This document shows, in pieces, positions 22,623-36,696 of a stretch of DNA of 64,000 bases (positions are counted from its first letter, which is position 1; each line of letters opens with the position of its first letter). Made by a program: the position numbers and the translations under genes. The notes below the pieces were generated by a model that saw nothing but the letters and a program-made list of their open reading frames with translations, did not search any database and was not told where the DNA came from. Origin of the DNA: Tubulanus polymorphus. Lineage: Eukaryota > Animalia > Nemertea. The DNA lies in the NCBI RefSeq assembly GCF_964204645.1, contig NC_134029.1, positions 620,001-684,000 on the forward strand. The letters run 5' to 3'.

Positions 22623-25482
22623 TTCATTCATGATGTACTACTGTTGTTTACGGTAGAATCGCGTGACGTCGTAGTTTCGCCCCCTTACCTCCTCACCTCC
22701 TCGCACCTCCTCGCACCTCCTCAACTGAACGAGAACGAACCTAGAACCGGCGCGATCCAGTCACAGTTAATTATACCGTATTGTTTTTTGAGTATCATTA
22801 CGCGTGAACGTAGATCATTGCGACCTGGGGAATACGTGTTATAACCGGACTTACTCTTAAACATGCACTGATGTCATTAGTTTAGATTTAATAAGATCGT
22901 GCCAATTACCCGCGCTATGGACAGTGCAGTTCATTCTATGCGTCATCACACTTCCGCCGTCCACAGTCGAGTTGCTGTTCCGTGTTTTAGCTTTTAGTCC
23001 GAATATCACGCACCAGTTTTACAACTATGAATTCTGGGTCCTGCCTTACGAAAAATTTCAATCTCAAATTTCAGGTTTAGATGCTTTTGGTTACTTCATG
23101 TTTTCAACGAGGACAACAATTCAAGCTTTACCGTCTTAAGCCTTAACTCTTTCATGAAACTGGACGCTGTATGTCTCTGGATGGGTTAATATTAGATTAG
23201 TATAGTAGTTTGTTTGTCACCATCAATATGTAAAAATTAGAAATAAGACAATGATGTGACAGGAGCCTGAGCAGAGCCATAAAGGCTGTATAACCAAAAG
23301 GATGTTCAGATACCTTGACATGAACTAGATTAGCTATAATGGAACCACAACGAACTTAGATCGATTCTAAATATCTCGCATTATGCTGCTGAATACGTTT
23401 TAACAGCGAACCGGGCCCGGAACAGGGTTCGTGTTGAGCTATAACCCTCAACATTCTCACATACAAAACAACTTCAGTTTATAATTGGGCACAACCACGT
23501 ATAAATTGATGACTGTTTTTTTTTTAAATCGAAAGACACTTTTTCATGAATATTTTTTGGAGAAGTGAAAGAAGCTACAGTTGTTGGCTGCAAGATCCGT
23601 TTGAGAAATGTTTTCAGAAATGTTGCCGATTTTCTGAACGATAGTTCAAGCGGAAAGATGATATACATCACGGTAGAGAATGTGCATCTTTTCAGCTCTG
23701 GGAATAAAATAAAACAAAATCAGACAAGATAAAAAAAAAGACAATCGCTTCATTGAGGAAGAGAGAAAAACAATGAAAAGCCTCAGAGATTAAAACGTGC
23801 GCCATTTTAATAAACAGTAAATGAGATCTGGAGGGAAATCACTGTAGAAATTAAGCATTATATTCATCTCAAACTTAAACCTTCTGGCAACAACCGATTT
23901 CAAATCACAGAAAATACATAATTAGTTCTTTATTTTCGAAAGATATAAAGGTTTTGGAGACATTCGAATTGAAAGGAATTTAAATTTATCCGATGGCAAC
24001 TAGAAATTCGTTGTTACTGTCACGTTCGTACAAGTTAATAAGATCACTCATACCCCGACTACATTTCAAATAATATCATTAAACCCATAGGTTTTTAGGG
24101 AAATTTTTATTTTTCTAACAATTTTTTCTCGAACATACTGTAGACACTCCATTTCCTGTAATAATCACTAGTATTGTGTTCAGGCCTAATAATTAAGTTC
24201 TATTTACAAATCTCCGATATCTTTGTTTACATGTATGGAAACATGAGTCACTTTTCTTCATTGACTTTTGGAGTCCACGATTCAATGGAAAGATTGAACT
24301 CAACTAACTGGATGTTTTGGCGATCTTTCAATTCAGTTTAAAACGGATTAAAAATCGATGTTATAAGTCGTGAGATACACAATATCTACACGTGTATGAT
24401 GAATATACGAGAAAATCCAGCAATTATTTCAGCCAAAAATATGTTATTGAATAAATGTGTACTGATCAGGCGTACTTATACAGTTTAAGAAATAGAAAGA
24501 ATCTTTGGCTTACCCGAATACAGGAAGCTGATGTAGAATTTCTAAGATATTATGTAGGATTAAAAGCCCTATCGCATCACTTTGATGAAAAACGATATTT
24601 AAGGCCTAAACGCTTGTCATTTCTCGTAATTCATACGTGGCAAACTGAAACGGGCCAGAATCAGAAATAACAGTTTCACATTGCTGTTAATATTAGACGA
24701 GCGTTGCTATCTCTAGTTTCTTTGTGGCAATGATTTTGTTTATGTCTCTGAGCTCCGATTTCGCGGAAGACTTTTCCCCACCATTAACCGGTGTTAAAAC
24801 GGTTATACAATGAAGTTACAAAAAAAACACATTAAATCTAGGCCTTAAACGAAATGACTCCCGAATTTAAAATGAGTTTTGATATGTTTATATAAGCCTT
24901 TTCTTTAAATGAGGATTATGTCTAATGCCGAAACATAATCTTGAAAAAGAAAAACTGACTTATATATCTTAAGTATATTTTATTCATTTTTAGCAAGGGG
25001 ATTATAGGCATCACTGATAAACCGAATAAACCATAGTTCTTAAATCAGAGATATGGTCGCTTCCTCTCCCTCTCCTCCTTCTCCTCCCTCTCTCTCCCTC
25101 TCTCTCTCTCTCTCTCTCCCTCTCTCTCTTCGATATTAAATAAATTGATTATCACGGGTAGGATTTTCTCAGCTGGCAGATGGAATAGAAAGTGACGGCA
25201 TTTTGAAAATGACTGATTGTTGTTTTGGCTGCTGATCGTATCAGAAATTTTAATTAGCCGGAATCCATTTCGGTTTTAGATTGATAAAATGGGGATAGAG
25301 CGGCTGTCAGGCGTAATACACACAAAGCGCAGTAGCATGACAGTCCAATTATAGAATTTAATGTTACAGTAATCAATTCACAGTCAATTTCTCCGTCGGC
25401 TGCGGCCGCCATTACACAGTTTACAACGGTAAAATATATATAGAGCGTTTGAAATATACAAAGAGCGTTTAAAAAAATTATT

Positions 25483-25564
25483 CGCTGCGAGTAGGGTTCG
25501 AACCTACGCGGGAAGATCCCATTGGATTTCAAGTCCAACGCCTTAACCACTCGGCCATCGCAGC
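25483..25564 (-). tRNA. trnS-TGA: tRNA-Ser(TGA)
   Basis: GCTGCGATGGCCGAGTGGTTAAGGCGTTGGAC-TTGAAA-TCCAATGGGATCTTCCCGCGTAGGTTCGAACCCTACTCGCAGCG; 82 nt, long variable arm, G73; T7 terminator at 25477-25471. Confidence 0.97.
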
Positions 25565-26465
25565 TTGGTGACGGATCCAAAGGGCAAGGACGTTGGATTT
25601 GGACGGAAGTCGATGTGGCGACAGATCAAAATGAGTCCATCTCTAAACTCAGGTGGGTGTGGCAAAGGAGTGCTGTTCTTTTGACCGGTCCGAGATGTCT
25701 CAGAATAGACGTTTTGTAAAGATCTCGATGTCACGAAGACACCAATAAAAGAAAGATTTGATTTTTTTAGACTCAGTAACTCAGTTGATAATTCCGTTGA
25801 TCAGATGCCAAAAAATACTTGTCACGCTTATATGATGATAATTGATAGGTTCATATTGCTGTGATGTTTGTCAGTTCCACGATGTGACATACATCGCTAG
25901 AGTATCTATCCATCCATCAGAACTAACAATCTATCACTTTCATTTCATCTTGAATCTAAAACCAACACTTTGTGGCGGTTTGTCTCATCTGAAGCAGGCT
26001 TCAGTTGATGTCATATTATTTCAAAAACGGCCTCTTCACGTCTTCATTAAATTTGATGAATTAATATTCATCTAAACATTGGTTTTTGTAGAATATGCTT
26101 CATCTTTCGTTCGATCGATCGATGGCCAACAGTTATTAATTACTTCTTTCAAGTACACGCCAGTCTCGTACAGAGACGCGCACTCTGATATGTGATGTTC
26201 AAATGTCTATGTTTGAAAACGCTGTCAATGATTTATATATGAGAGAATCATGATGTTTTACTTCCTCAACTTCTACATTTAGAACTCGGTCGGGTGAAGA
26301 TGACGATGTTTGCGGGGGCGCGCGTGTTCTTTATAGCTTATCAGTGATCACCCCAGTTCCCGTGTGGACACGTACAGGGGTCCCAATGTTTGTTAGTGGA
26401 CCACTTTCCTTCTTGTCCGTGTATAATGAAAATTCCCAACCTATTTATAGCAATATCAGAATCAA

Positions 26466-26612
26466 TGGGTAGTGGGGCGCATGGGGGGAGGGGCGGGACG
26501 GGTAGTGGGGCGCACGGGAATAGGGGCGGGTAATGGGGCGCACGGGGAGGAGGGGGGCGGGACGGGTAGTGGGGCGCGCGGGGAGAGGAGACGGGACGGG
26601 TAATGGGGCGCA
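26466..26612. repeat. G-rich minisatellite (GGGTARTGGGGCGC core x5), G-quadruplex-prone
   Basis: Many G3-G7 runs with short spacers. Confidence 0.85.
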
Positions 26613-27469
26613 CTGTGCTTCAGCAGCAGATGGCTAATCAGTATTTTCGAATCGATCTTATACAGGATGATTAAGAGCTGTTTACTCGTCGATAAGCATC
26701 AATAGAATCTACGATAGCGTCTTTACGATTATGATTAAAGGAAATTAAGAGATGATACTAACTGCGCGCTATAGAGCATCCTACAACCCGTTATAAATCA
26801 CGATTAGATTACCCCGCGCGCGACGCCTACAGGCAATACAGGAAGTCACGTGACGTATTTCCGGTATCAATCAAAACAGTTTGATAGTTGTCGTTTGGCA
26901 GAGAAGGCGATGACGCCTGAGCCTCATCTGAGAATCCTCCAGCCCCTGTATACTGATAGATAGTCGAACCTATTTATCCCGGGTCATCGTGATGTAATGT
27001 TTTATGGGCTGATAAACTCGGTGATAAACTATCTTCGTGTCGTTTATAGCGTCGATAAGATCTGTTCTATAACTTAGTGCACGCCGTGTTCCAGACAGTA
27101 CTCAGCTGGAATCTATAATTACTAGTAATTATACATCTCACGAGTCTCGAGCTGAAAACTGTCTTTTTATCTCTTTAGATCAAAGGCCAGTATTTGAATT
27201 CAATATGTGCTCAAATTTCAGATCAACAGTTCAAATTCCATAGGGGCAGATGCCTAGTCTTTCCAGTTTCACAGTTTTGGGTTAGAATTTTACCATAGAG
27301 AAAAAAACAATTGGATAATACGTTTTTTTCACTAACTGACTGCGGTACCGGGCCGTCACGTGACACTTTGATAACAAGGCCTGATGAATTTTGTTTTTAA
27401 TATCTGTGGAATTGAGGGATTTGTAATCGTTAATCATCATTCAATATCCATTAACAGAGCGAAAAATTC

Positions 27470-27570
27470 GATGATACCTAACTCGAACCTCGATGGTAAA
27501 ACTAGGCTCGAACCCGGGACAGACGCGCTAACTATTCAGCCGTCTAGTCAGTGTGATGAACACTCGGGTG
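27470..27570 (-). mobile_element. tRNA-derived SINE-like head fragment
   Basis: B-box-like GGTTCGAG twice (ctcgaacc on +), with an A-box-like GGCTGAATAGTTAGCGCG upstream on the minus strand; no complete cloverleaf. Confidence 0.4.
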
Positions 27571-27598
27571 TATACTGACTCTATTCGTTAAACCCCCA

Positions 27599-27711
27599 AA
27601 GGTCAGTTTTATAGATTGGTATAACCCGGGGGCTAACTCATTTGAAATTGAATTGCGTTAGCCCCCGGGTTAAAGGTAATACTAGTCTATAAAGCCGGCC
27701 CCAAGTGTTCA
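27599..27711. mobile_element. Palindromic MITE (related architecture)
   Basis: Inner IR aacccgggggctaac/gttagcccccgggtt; outer imperfect IR ggtcagttttatagattggtat/atactagtctataaagccggcc. Confidence 0.7.
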
Positions 27712-28501
27712 CAATATAACATAATGTGAACATAGATTATCATATCTATCGTTTTGGGACTAAAGTTTTGGGACTTATCAATTTTTCGATGATTTCGAAA
27801 TGTAATGCTTATTCTTTGTCTAAAACTTCTTCACTATTTTCCCTGAAAACACTTTTACTTTCGCACCGATTTGGAACATGAATCGTCGGTATTGGAAAGT
27901 CTCGTGACGCTGACGTCATCCCTAATTGGAAAATCTTTAATTTGCGGCGGTGCGCTCTTCAAAAAAATAAATCGGAAAAAGTTTAATAATCTCAAACGAA
28001 GAAGTTTATATTTCAAAGCTTTATCGTGAATATGCTATGGCTTCCTTTAATACGGTAGTAAACACACGCTATAAAAGTGATCATCTCGACGGCAATTAAT
28101 ACGACAATCTTCCCGCCAGCTACACCTGTTTTTAATGAATAAAAATCAAGCTTTTTGATAATTAGTGTCGCACAATATTGAAATCGTAGCTCGAGGATTG
28201 TAAGACTGTTTTTATAAAAAGTTAATCAACGTTCGACAACGGACATCAAAAGATTGTTAATATTCGGTATCCAGGTATGCGAGGATACATTCAAACATGT
28301 ATCCATCAATAGTACATGTTTTGATATATTCCAGGTGAAGTTCTGAACACACGGGATTAGTTTTTAAAAGTGAGCTGATAAAATGTCTAATATCTGATAT
28401 TTTTCGTTCTTTTTCAATTAGGAAGGTCTCAGGTGAAATACTGAACACACGTGAAGTGTTGACGATAGACAATATTGGAAGATTGTTGATGAAGTATCGA
28501 A

Positions 28502-28708
28502 TGTCTGATGGTATCAGGTAGGAGTCTGTCTGGAAGTGGCGCTGATACATGTATCAGTGCAACTTCCAGACAGACTGCTGTCTGATGGTATCAGGCAGCA
28601 GTCTGTCTGGAAGTGGCGCTGATACATGTATCAGTGCAACTTCCAGACAGACTGCTGTCTGATGGTATCAGGCAGCAGTCTGTCTGGAAGTGGCGCTGAT
28701 ACATGTAC
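28502..28708. repeat. 77-bp tandem repeat built from alternating inverted 36-bp half-units
   Basis: Units start at 28502, 28579 and 28656; symmetry centres gatacatgtatc and ctgatggtatcag. Confidence 0.92.
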
Positions 28709-31351
28709 CATACCAACCCTTCGATACACTTATATATGAAATACAAAATATATAATCTGGTGACGAAGAAGGTGTATATATGTGAGAGAGATTTTTCTTA
28801 AATCTGAAATTTAAGGCCTATTTTTGGTCGCGATATTTCTACACACACACGGTGACAAATACGAATCTGCTGTCTGTAAATAATTGACGAAAACATGATT
28901 GTGACTGAGGATGAAACGATGAATTCCACGATGAATTTATACTCCTTACGATATTACTCCACGTGGGATGAATTTCAAAACCATAACGCGCTGAAAGGAA
29001 CTTCGATGCGAGAAAGACCCGACATTCTAAATATTTAAGTCTTTTGTATCAGCATCAGATTCGATACCGAGGATGAAAAAGATATTTCTATTGTTCGCAG
29101 TCTTTCCTGTCTGGTTTTTCCTAATTAATCAGGTTTATTGCGGTGCTTAGTGCGTTACGGCCAACAGCATCTGACGCAAATCAGATTACATAATCTTAAC
29201 AAATTTAAAAGATACAGACTAATCAACTTCTTCTCGCTGACTGGTAATTTGATACGTATCGATTTTCCGCAATGATATATCGATATGTTATGATAAAGCT
29301 ATTTTGAGATAGCGAAATTATTCAGATCCCGTTGAGAAATATTTCTTTTCTGGCGACCTGCGAATTCTTAACCGAAAACAATATTTTCACTAACCGAGTG
29401 TGAACCCGTTATTCAAGCCCGGATGATCTAATTATTATCATATGATCTTTTATGATCGTATTACATAAATCTAGAAAATGCTGATATTTTGCGTGATGAA
29501 ATCCTAGAGATATGATGAGATATTAGCTGGAAAGGTTTGAGAAGTTTCGTGTCGAACTAATGTTCACGTCATGACTTTTCATCACGATTTTCTTATAAAA
29601 ATATCATGTTTCTGTCAACCTATAAAAGGTGATATCTAGTGAAACCTTCTCCGTGCAGCCCTTCTTGCGTCTAACATGTCTAAACTGTTTTCACCTCAAA
29701 TTTATGCTAAATATCTGAAATTATAGCTTGCAGTCTTTGTGCATTTGTTATTCATCATGTTCATTTATCTAGAGGTGCCGTTCTTAAAAGTTCTAACCAG
29801 CCTCAGTAATACCATAGTTTATACCCTGGTTTGTCCACGATGGAATCAAGTTCGATGTTGAATTTTTTACTTTATTGATGAAATTGTAGTAATATTCGCC
29901 TTGACCTTTAAGCGGTCTGTTTGGACTGAGAGTTTCTATATTCTACTTCTACCTCTACCAATTTATGGCCACCATCAACCAGTTGATGATTTTGCCATCG
30001 AGAGGTGCATGGATTTTTTTCTTTTATTCCTATATATCGTAGTTGTTTGACTTGTTTGTATCAGCGGATTTTCTCCTTGTTCGCTCTCATCACCATCTCG
30101 CTCTCTCTTTCACTCTCTTTCACTCTCTTTCACTCTCTTTCCTCTTATCTACCTCATGAAGGTCGATTATCGGTTTGTATATGAATTGAGATATAGTAGA
30201 CGTCAGAAGCTGGGGTGATCTATTACAAATTGGCGGCGTACGATCTAATCAAAATGACTGATGATGAGCACATTAAAAGTTCCCAGTAAGAAAATTCATT
30301 TACTGATGATTTATGAGATTGATTTGAGATGACGTAACGCTAACTTATTGAGTTTATTAGTGCAAGACACTTCAATAGTTCATTAGTGTGAAAATCAATT
30401 TAATACATGTACATGTACATGTATACACGTATCACTGAACATGTTATACATAGAGATGATCATTTACAGGATCAGTGGCTTCTTGTCCTAAAGACTTCCT
30501 AAAGAGGCTAATAGAGGTTCTTCGTGCAGCACCATAGGCTTGGAATAAAGCTTTTCACGAGTTTATAATGAATCCTTTGCAACTAAGAACCAGTTTAACG
30601 ACAACAGATCATTCTGAAGTCAATCTAACCGCTTTAATACCAGTCTTATTAAGCTCATTTTAACCGCTTCGATAGGATTTTGGTTCACGAATATCTTACA
30701 TCTTGGTCTAACAACCTAAGACCAGTCAGCCAAACACGACCACAAGTCGTCATGCGCAACTATCTAGTTATTGTAAGTTCGGATATCATAGACGTGGATC
30801 GAGATTTCATAACGTTACGAATATAACGATAATATCTAGATTCATCAATGTATTTGTAGCCGGGTTTACGTCGGAAGAGGCAGAGAAGAAAAGGTCCTAA
30901 TTTAGCTCCAAACATCTCAGACACATCTGCAATCAGAGTCCAATCTATACATCTATTGTATGGATGTATATGTTTTATCAAAGATAATGAGCAATTCTGT
31001 GGCGCACCTTTTTTGTTATGCGCCACAGCTTCCCGTACCAATAAAAGTTATCAATTCAAGTAACTCTTTTTTATACAGTCGCTTATTGTGCGTCGGTACT
31101 TGAATAGCGAAGAATAAATACTATTACATATATGAGCGATGATTGTATGCCTCGAGGGTTTATTTCTATTTCCTAAGTTCTGATTGCCTGTCTATCTTAT
31201 GTATGTGACACGAAATACCTAGGGGATACCTTCTCCTCTCGCTTATAACATAGCAGCATGTCACACAGTATGAACACTGTGTACTATAGACCTACAGGTG
31301 TCTCATTCAAAGGGTTACTGCGCAACATCCATAGATATATAACCCTCCAAT

Positions 31352-31640
31352 AAATCCCCCTATGACGTCATCAAGTTACTTTTGATACACAAACCTTCCC
31401 AGAAACGATGCCTGTCTCTAAAAATCCCCATATGACATCATGAACCATTCCATAAAAGATGGCTGCTTCCTAATCCCCCTATGACATCATGAACCCTTCC
31501 ATAAAAGATGGCTGCTTCCTAAATCCCCCTATGACATCATGAACCCTTCTTTAAAAGATGGCTGCTTCCTAAATCCCCCTACGACATCATGAACCCGTCC
31601 ATAAAAGATGGCTACTTCCTAAATCCCCCTGTGATATCGT
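31352..31640. repeat. 50-bp minisatellite, about 5 copies
   Basis: aatccccctatgacatcatgaacccttccataaaagatggctgcttccta; period 50 (31481, 31531, 31581, 31631). Confidence 0.93.
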
Positions 31641-32265
31641 CAATCCCCTGCAGTTCAGCTGTGTTGAAAAATCTTCTTTCAATATTTCATATCAACGGAA
31701 AGATGAACGTTCGTTATTTCGACAGAAAACAAAGATCAGATATCAGCGATTCAGCTGAGCTTCTGCCGGTTTGATTTCAAATTCAGATTTCAGAAACTGC
31801 CAATTTGTTATCTTTGGTTGAGTGTTTTTAAATTATCACGCGTCTTATTTCGCATCAGCGCTCGCGTTCGCTCGTTTATACCCACAGTGAAAGTCGATCT
31901 GAGACCGGAATTTTAAACTGCTAATGAACACGTTTTGTAATACAAACGGTGACACCTCGTTAATTACTAAGAGTCAAGGCGAAGCGAGGCGTCGCAAACC
32001 TGATCTAGTGTTTCTGATCTGAAATCAGTGAACCTCGACACACTCATTGCCGAATGTGTGGTGACGTCACGCGGTATTGAGAACGAGTCCGTGTTTTATA
32101 ACCATAATGTAAAATTCCATGACGACATGAAATAAACTACATGTACTGACATTTTGGAATCTTTTGTTGTTGTGGAATTTTTCTTTATAAACTGCACAGA
32201 TTGTCTGACGCCGTAGAGTCCAAGATTTCGGCATGACAAATCACCTACGATGCCATGTGACCGTA

Positions 32266-32338
32266 GCCCGGTTAGCTCAGTCGGTAGAGCATCAGGCTTT
32301 TAACCTGAGGGTCCTGGGTTCGAGTCCCATACCGGGCG
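32266..32338 (+). tRNA. trnK-TTT: tRNA-Lys(TTT) copy 1
   Basis: GCCCGGT/ACCGGGC acceptor stem; anticodon arm TCAGG-CTTTTAA-CCTGA; A and B boxes; T-run terminator. Confidence 0.93.
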
Positions 32339-33480
32339 GCGAAATCTTTTTTACGATTGAGACAAACTCTTAGCATACTCGAAAAAGATGTTTTTTTTAT
32401 TTAGTTTTGAGAAACAGAATTGTAGATATATACTTGTAGCGAGCAGTCTGAGCGATGACTGATCAATGTGAGTTATAAAGAATCTATCGGAGCTGTTTAT
32501 AATTAGTCTCCTCTTCGAATCGTTAAAAACAATTCTTCAGATGTCGTTTTCTAGCGCACGGCATCTGATTCACGTTATTCAGCTCAGGTGTTAGACCAGT
32601 TCGTTAATGAAATTATGTCTTAAGACGGCTATTTTTGAATGAATTAGTTGATTACGTATGTCGGGCTAAGACTGAATGAATCCTGCGGGAACATTATGAA
32701 CATCATCGCTACCTTGAACATTAATGTAATAGTAGTGAAGTTATACTAATTGAATTAACTGATATCTCTCTGGGAGACTGCGGAGACCGCGAGCGTGTGT
32801 GTCTGTCTCCGTCTTCTAGCCATACGGCGACTTCTCAACTCACCGTATAAATCTATATTAATTGAATTAATGCTAGCTAGATACGGTATACGGATTCTAT
32901 GCGGGTTTTGTGACGGTTCTGAAAGGAATCTCTACCGGTTCTAGTGAGGATTCTACAGTGCAGGTTTCGGCGCGGATTTGGCCTGTTGCTGGTTCCTTGA
33001 CGACTATTTGTGCCAAATTTGGTGCGGGTTATAGTGTTTTCACGTCACGTTGTAACTCTGGTAACTCTGGTAACACCAACCCATCGGATCGGACCAATCC
33101 ATACTCTCTGGCACGGATCTGAATGAAGAAGTTTCAGATCTTCCACCCCTGACACTCAGGGTTAGAGTAAGTACCATGCCAAATGCACATGGTTCGCTCA
33201 GTCCATAATCATGCGTTTTGTCTCCTAGATAAAGATCGGTCTTGTGACAGCTGGCTAAGGAGTCGAACCGGATGCAGAAACTGAGTGGTTTCCGTTTATT
33301 GGAAAATACACAACTTCAGTTGGAATCCCATATTAATTATCAGTATATATCAAAATTGTCACCCGCGATTAAACATAGGTGAAAGTTCATGTTCAAAATC
33401 ATACGACGGATATACATTATCTAGAACGGTCAATGTGGTCACTGTCACAAACCGGATGTATATCGTTCGGTGTCACATGA

Positions 33481-33553
33481 GCCCGGTTAGCTCAGTCGGT
33501 AGAGCATCAGGCTTTTAACCTGAGGGTCCTGGGTTCGAGTCCCATACCGGGTG
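33481..33553 (+). tRNA. trnK-TTT: tRNA-Lys(TTT) copy 2 (G1-U72 wobble)
   Basis: Identical to copy 1 except C72T; T6 downstream. Confidence 0.9.
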
Positions 33554-35654
33554 CGGTTCCTTTTTTCTTTATTCATCCCAATGCGTGCGTTTGTCCAATG
33601 AAAGCTATTTCTATGGGAGGGATTGGGACATTTTACCAGTTTATCTAAGTTTCGACCCAGAGTTATACAGTTTTGCTGAATATTGATTCCATAGATAGGC
33701 TTTAAAATTTTAGACAAGTTGCCTTCCTTCGTCCTGACTGACAGTCGTTCGTAGCTTCCATTCTCATCAGAATCTATACCGGAACAGTTTGAATAACCAC
33801 CACTAAGTTAAACGGGGTATCATCAATTAAACAGAGAATACACGATACAGTTAGTGTGGGTGTCGATTCTTCTGACCAAGTTCAATAAATAGAAAATGGC
33901 TTTTTACAGATGAATCATCCATTATATGAGAAACAGATCCTTTCTGTCAGTGACATCTGGTCACATGGCACTGCGCGCACACATCGGCGGAGCGGATATC
34001 GAATTCGGCGAATGCTCAAAATCGTATTCATGAGAAATTATCAGCCACTCGCGATCGAGCAACGAACCCGATCCAAATTGATGGGAATTACGTCTTTATC
34101 CGCGCGCTCGGGTCGTCTCGATAAAAAGATGGCGTCAATCTTTGGCCCCAGATGTCAACGGTTTTTACGCGGACGGAATTGACCGAAGAAATCAATTAAC
34201 AGTTCATCTTCTAGGGTTACCTAGGAGACAAATTTGAGATGGCGTTTATTGTGAAGCCCGGGGGATGCTGCGCTTATGGCACGTGGTGTGTTTTAGCCCC
34301 GAGAGTCACAGATACTACTAGGTGTGATTTCAATGATGCTGGCGCTGAGTCAGGACGGCGAATTTCAGATGTAATATTTTTGGTATTTATGCATTGCATC
34401 CTCGGGCGATGTTTAAAGAGATGATCGCAGCAGCGCCAGATTCTTTTGAATAAATGAAATCATTACCGACGACAAATTATTCACTTCTGTTTCTGGCCCC
34501 TTTTACTGTTTGACACTACGAGTTCAAATCAGTGAATTTTCGTTCTGTTAACTCGAAATTTCGACGGAAATTGTGGAACTATTCTACAACAATCGTGGAT
34601 TGAGAATTGAATCCACATTTAGAAATCCAAATACGCTAACGTCAACTGTTTTTATGACAAGGAGAACATCACTAATAACATTACAGAGGTTCAAGGAAAT
34701 CGAACCTGGCAAATGAGGACCTAAAATTGAGACACTGTGATTTTCATCATGATTTTCTCTTTCAATGGATTATGATATTGAATATATAAACATAATTGTA
34801 GATATATTAATTTCTGAACTACTGTTGACCTGTTCGGTGGTTTATGAGGTGGAAATTATCAGCGAGATGAGCAACCATCATCAGAACGGCGTCTGCGGAG
34901 GTTGAAATGTCAACCATTACCGCAGCCCTGCAGGCGACGTGTGTATCTGTGGTCCTGTAACTGGCCTGACCAATGAAACCGTATACATCATAATATATAA
35001 TGTTAGATCGATCAGTTGAGATGCATTGATCGCTTAAAGTAGCTGGACTTGGTTTACACAGGTGCAGCCATACTCGAAATACTCATTAGCTAAATGGAAA
35101 ATACCCACTTTGTGACCCGCCAACCACCTCTCAGCCCAAGTCACTGATCATCCCTCCACTTGAAACGGTGCGCAGTAATCGCGTGCAACCAGTCCGCGAT
35201 GAAACTTAGAGAACTTTTTGATACTCGCTGTTTACTGATACCTGATACACGACAGTGCCGAAAGGTCTGATTAACTACTATACAACGGACCTCGCAGGTA
35301 GCGAATGATAAAAAGCTAAGTCTAATCCTTCCCTTGAATAGGGGAAAGCGTCCGCGCAAAATAAGATCGTACATAACAAAAACTAGCAGTAGAATAGAAT
35401 ATCGGGTTTACAGTATGATACTCGCGGCTATCACAGTTATTGTTATATAGAGATTAACGGAGGAATTCTGTGTGCCGGTTTCATCTGTTTCTATGCGGTA
35501 TTCGGTATCGTTAATTACCCCCCTATAACACACTATCAATAGTGTCTTCCACGGATTACTTTCTCACTGACACCAGCGGCTGGTTTTATAGACACCTAAC
35601 TAATGCATTAACCTCGAGGAATATTTCAAAAATATTGCCGTTCCTTATTTCTAG

Positions 35655-35700
35655 TATCATCTTCATCATCATCATCATCATCTTCATCATCATCATCATA
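35655..35700. repeat. (ATC)n microsatellite
   Basis: catcatcatc run. Confidence 0.9.
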
Positions 35701-36495
35701 TATATACGTATTACTTTGGTTAGTTATTTTTCGTACACCTCAGGTTAGGGATGTACACATTTTTAATCGATAACTTTGATCTCCGCACTTTCTGCACGTT
35801 CTACATCAGTTCATTATCTTTCACGCGGCTTTTAATTATTTCTGGACACGAGCGAAGAAACATTTCGCACGTAGGCGCGACGCTAAAAAATAACATTTTC
35901 TTATACGTCGGATTCTGGCTCCACCTGTCGGGGTGAGGGGTAGTAAGTATTTGCATATTAGATAATGAGCTTGTTTGGTAGTAATGACTATGACTCAACG
36001 ACCATGAAATGCGTCCACGATACAAGTCCTCATCCGCGGAAAGACGCTACCTTTAATTAGTCATTAAGTCACATGTCTCCAGCTCCAGGTCATCGCTTAG
36101 GCATATTTTCATATTTGTAAACGTCGGTTATATAATAAAGGCGTCGGCTGGCTTTATGTGAACGAGTAGATGGCTATACAGCCCGGGGGTCTGTCTATCT
36201 ATCTCTCGGTTAGAATGGTCACCCCGGGTAGCGGCGTTATATTAGTTTAATGCGGTATTTGCCTGGTTGGTCAGTCGCATGCTGGCGCATAATATCACTC
36301 GTCATCATCTGTGTCAGAAACACTTGGTGTTTTCCGCGCACGGACTTTCTGCGTTACTCGCAGGCGGGCAGTGGAATATTGTGTGCGTTACTCGCAGGTG
36401 GTCAGTGGACATCAGTCTCATCGCCATTATATCAGCTAACGGTGATTGAACCACTGTCTGTTAGCCACATATAAACACTATCATTAAACACACTC

Positions 36496-36696
36496 GGGCC
36501 CGGTTCTATGTCCATGGTTCCACGGGGTCCGTGATTTGGTACGGTCAAACTTGATTTAGGCATCATCCAATAAGTCATCACCTCACTTAAGTCGTCACTA
36601 TTTGTTATTTGTATTTCCAATTCAATTTACTAAGTTTAAGTTGTCATTTGGATGAGTCTTTGAATTTAACCTCTACTAACCGTGGAACTGGATCCA
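36496..36696. mobile_element. Palindromic MITE family copy (nested or long)
   Basis: gggcccggttctatg...ggttccacgg ... ccgtggaactggatcc. Confidence 0.55.
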
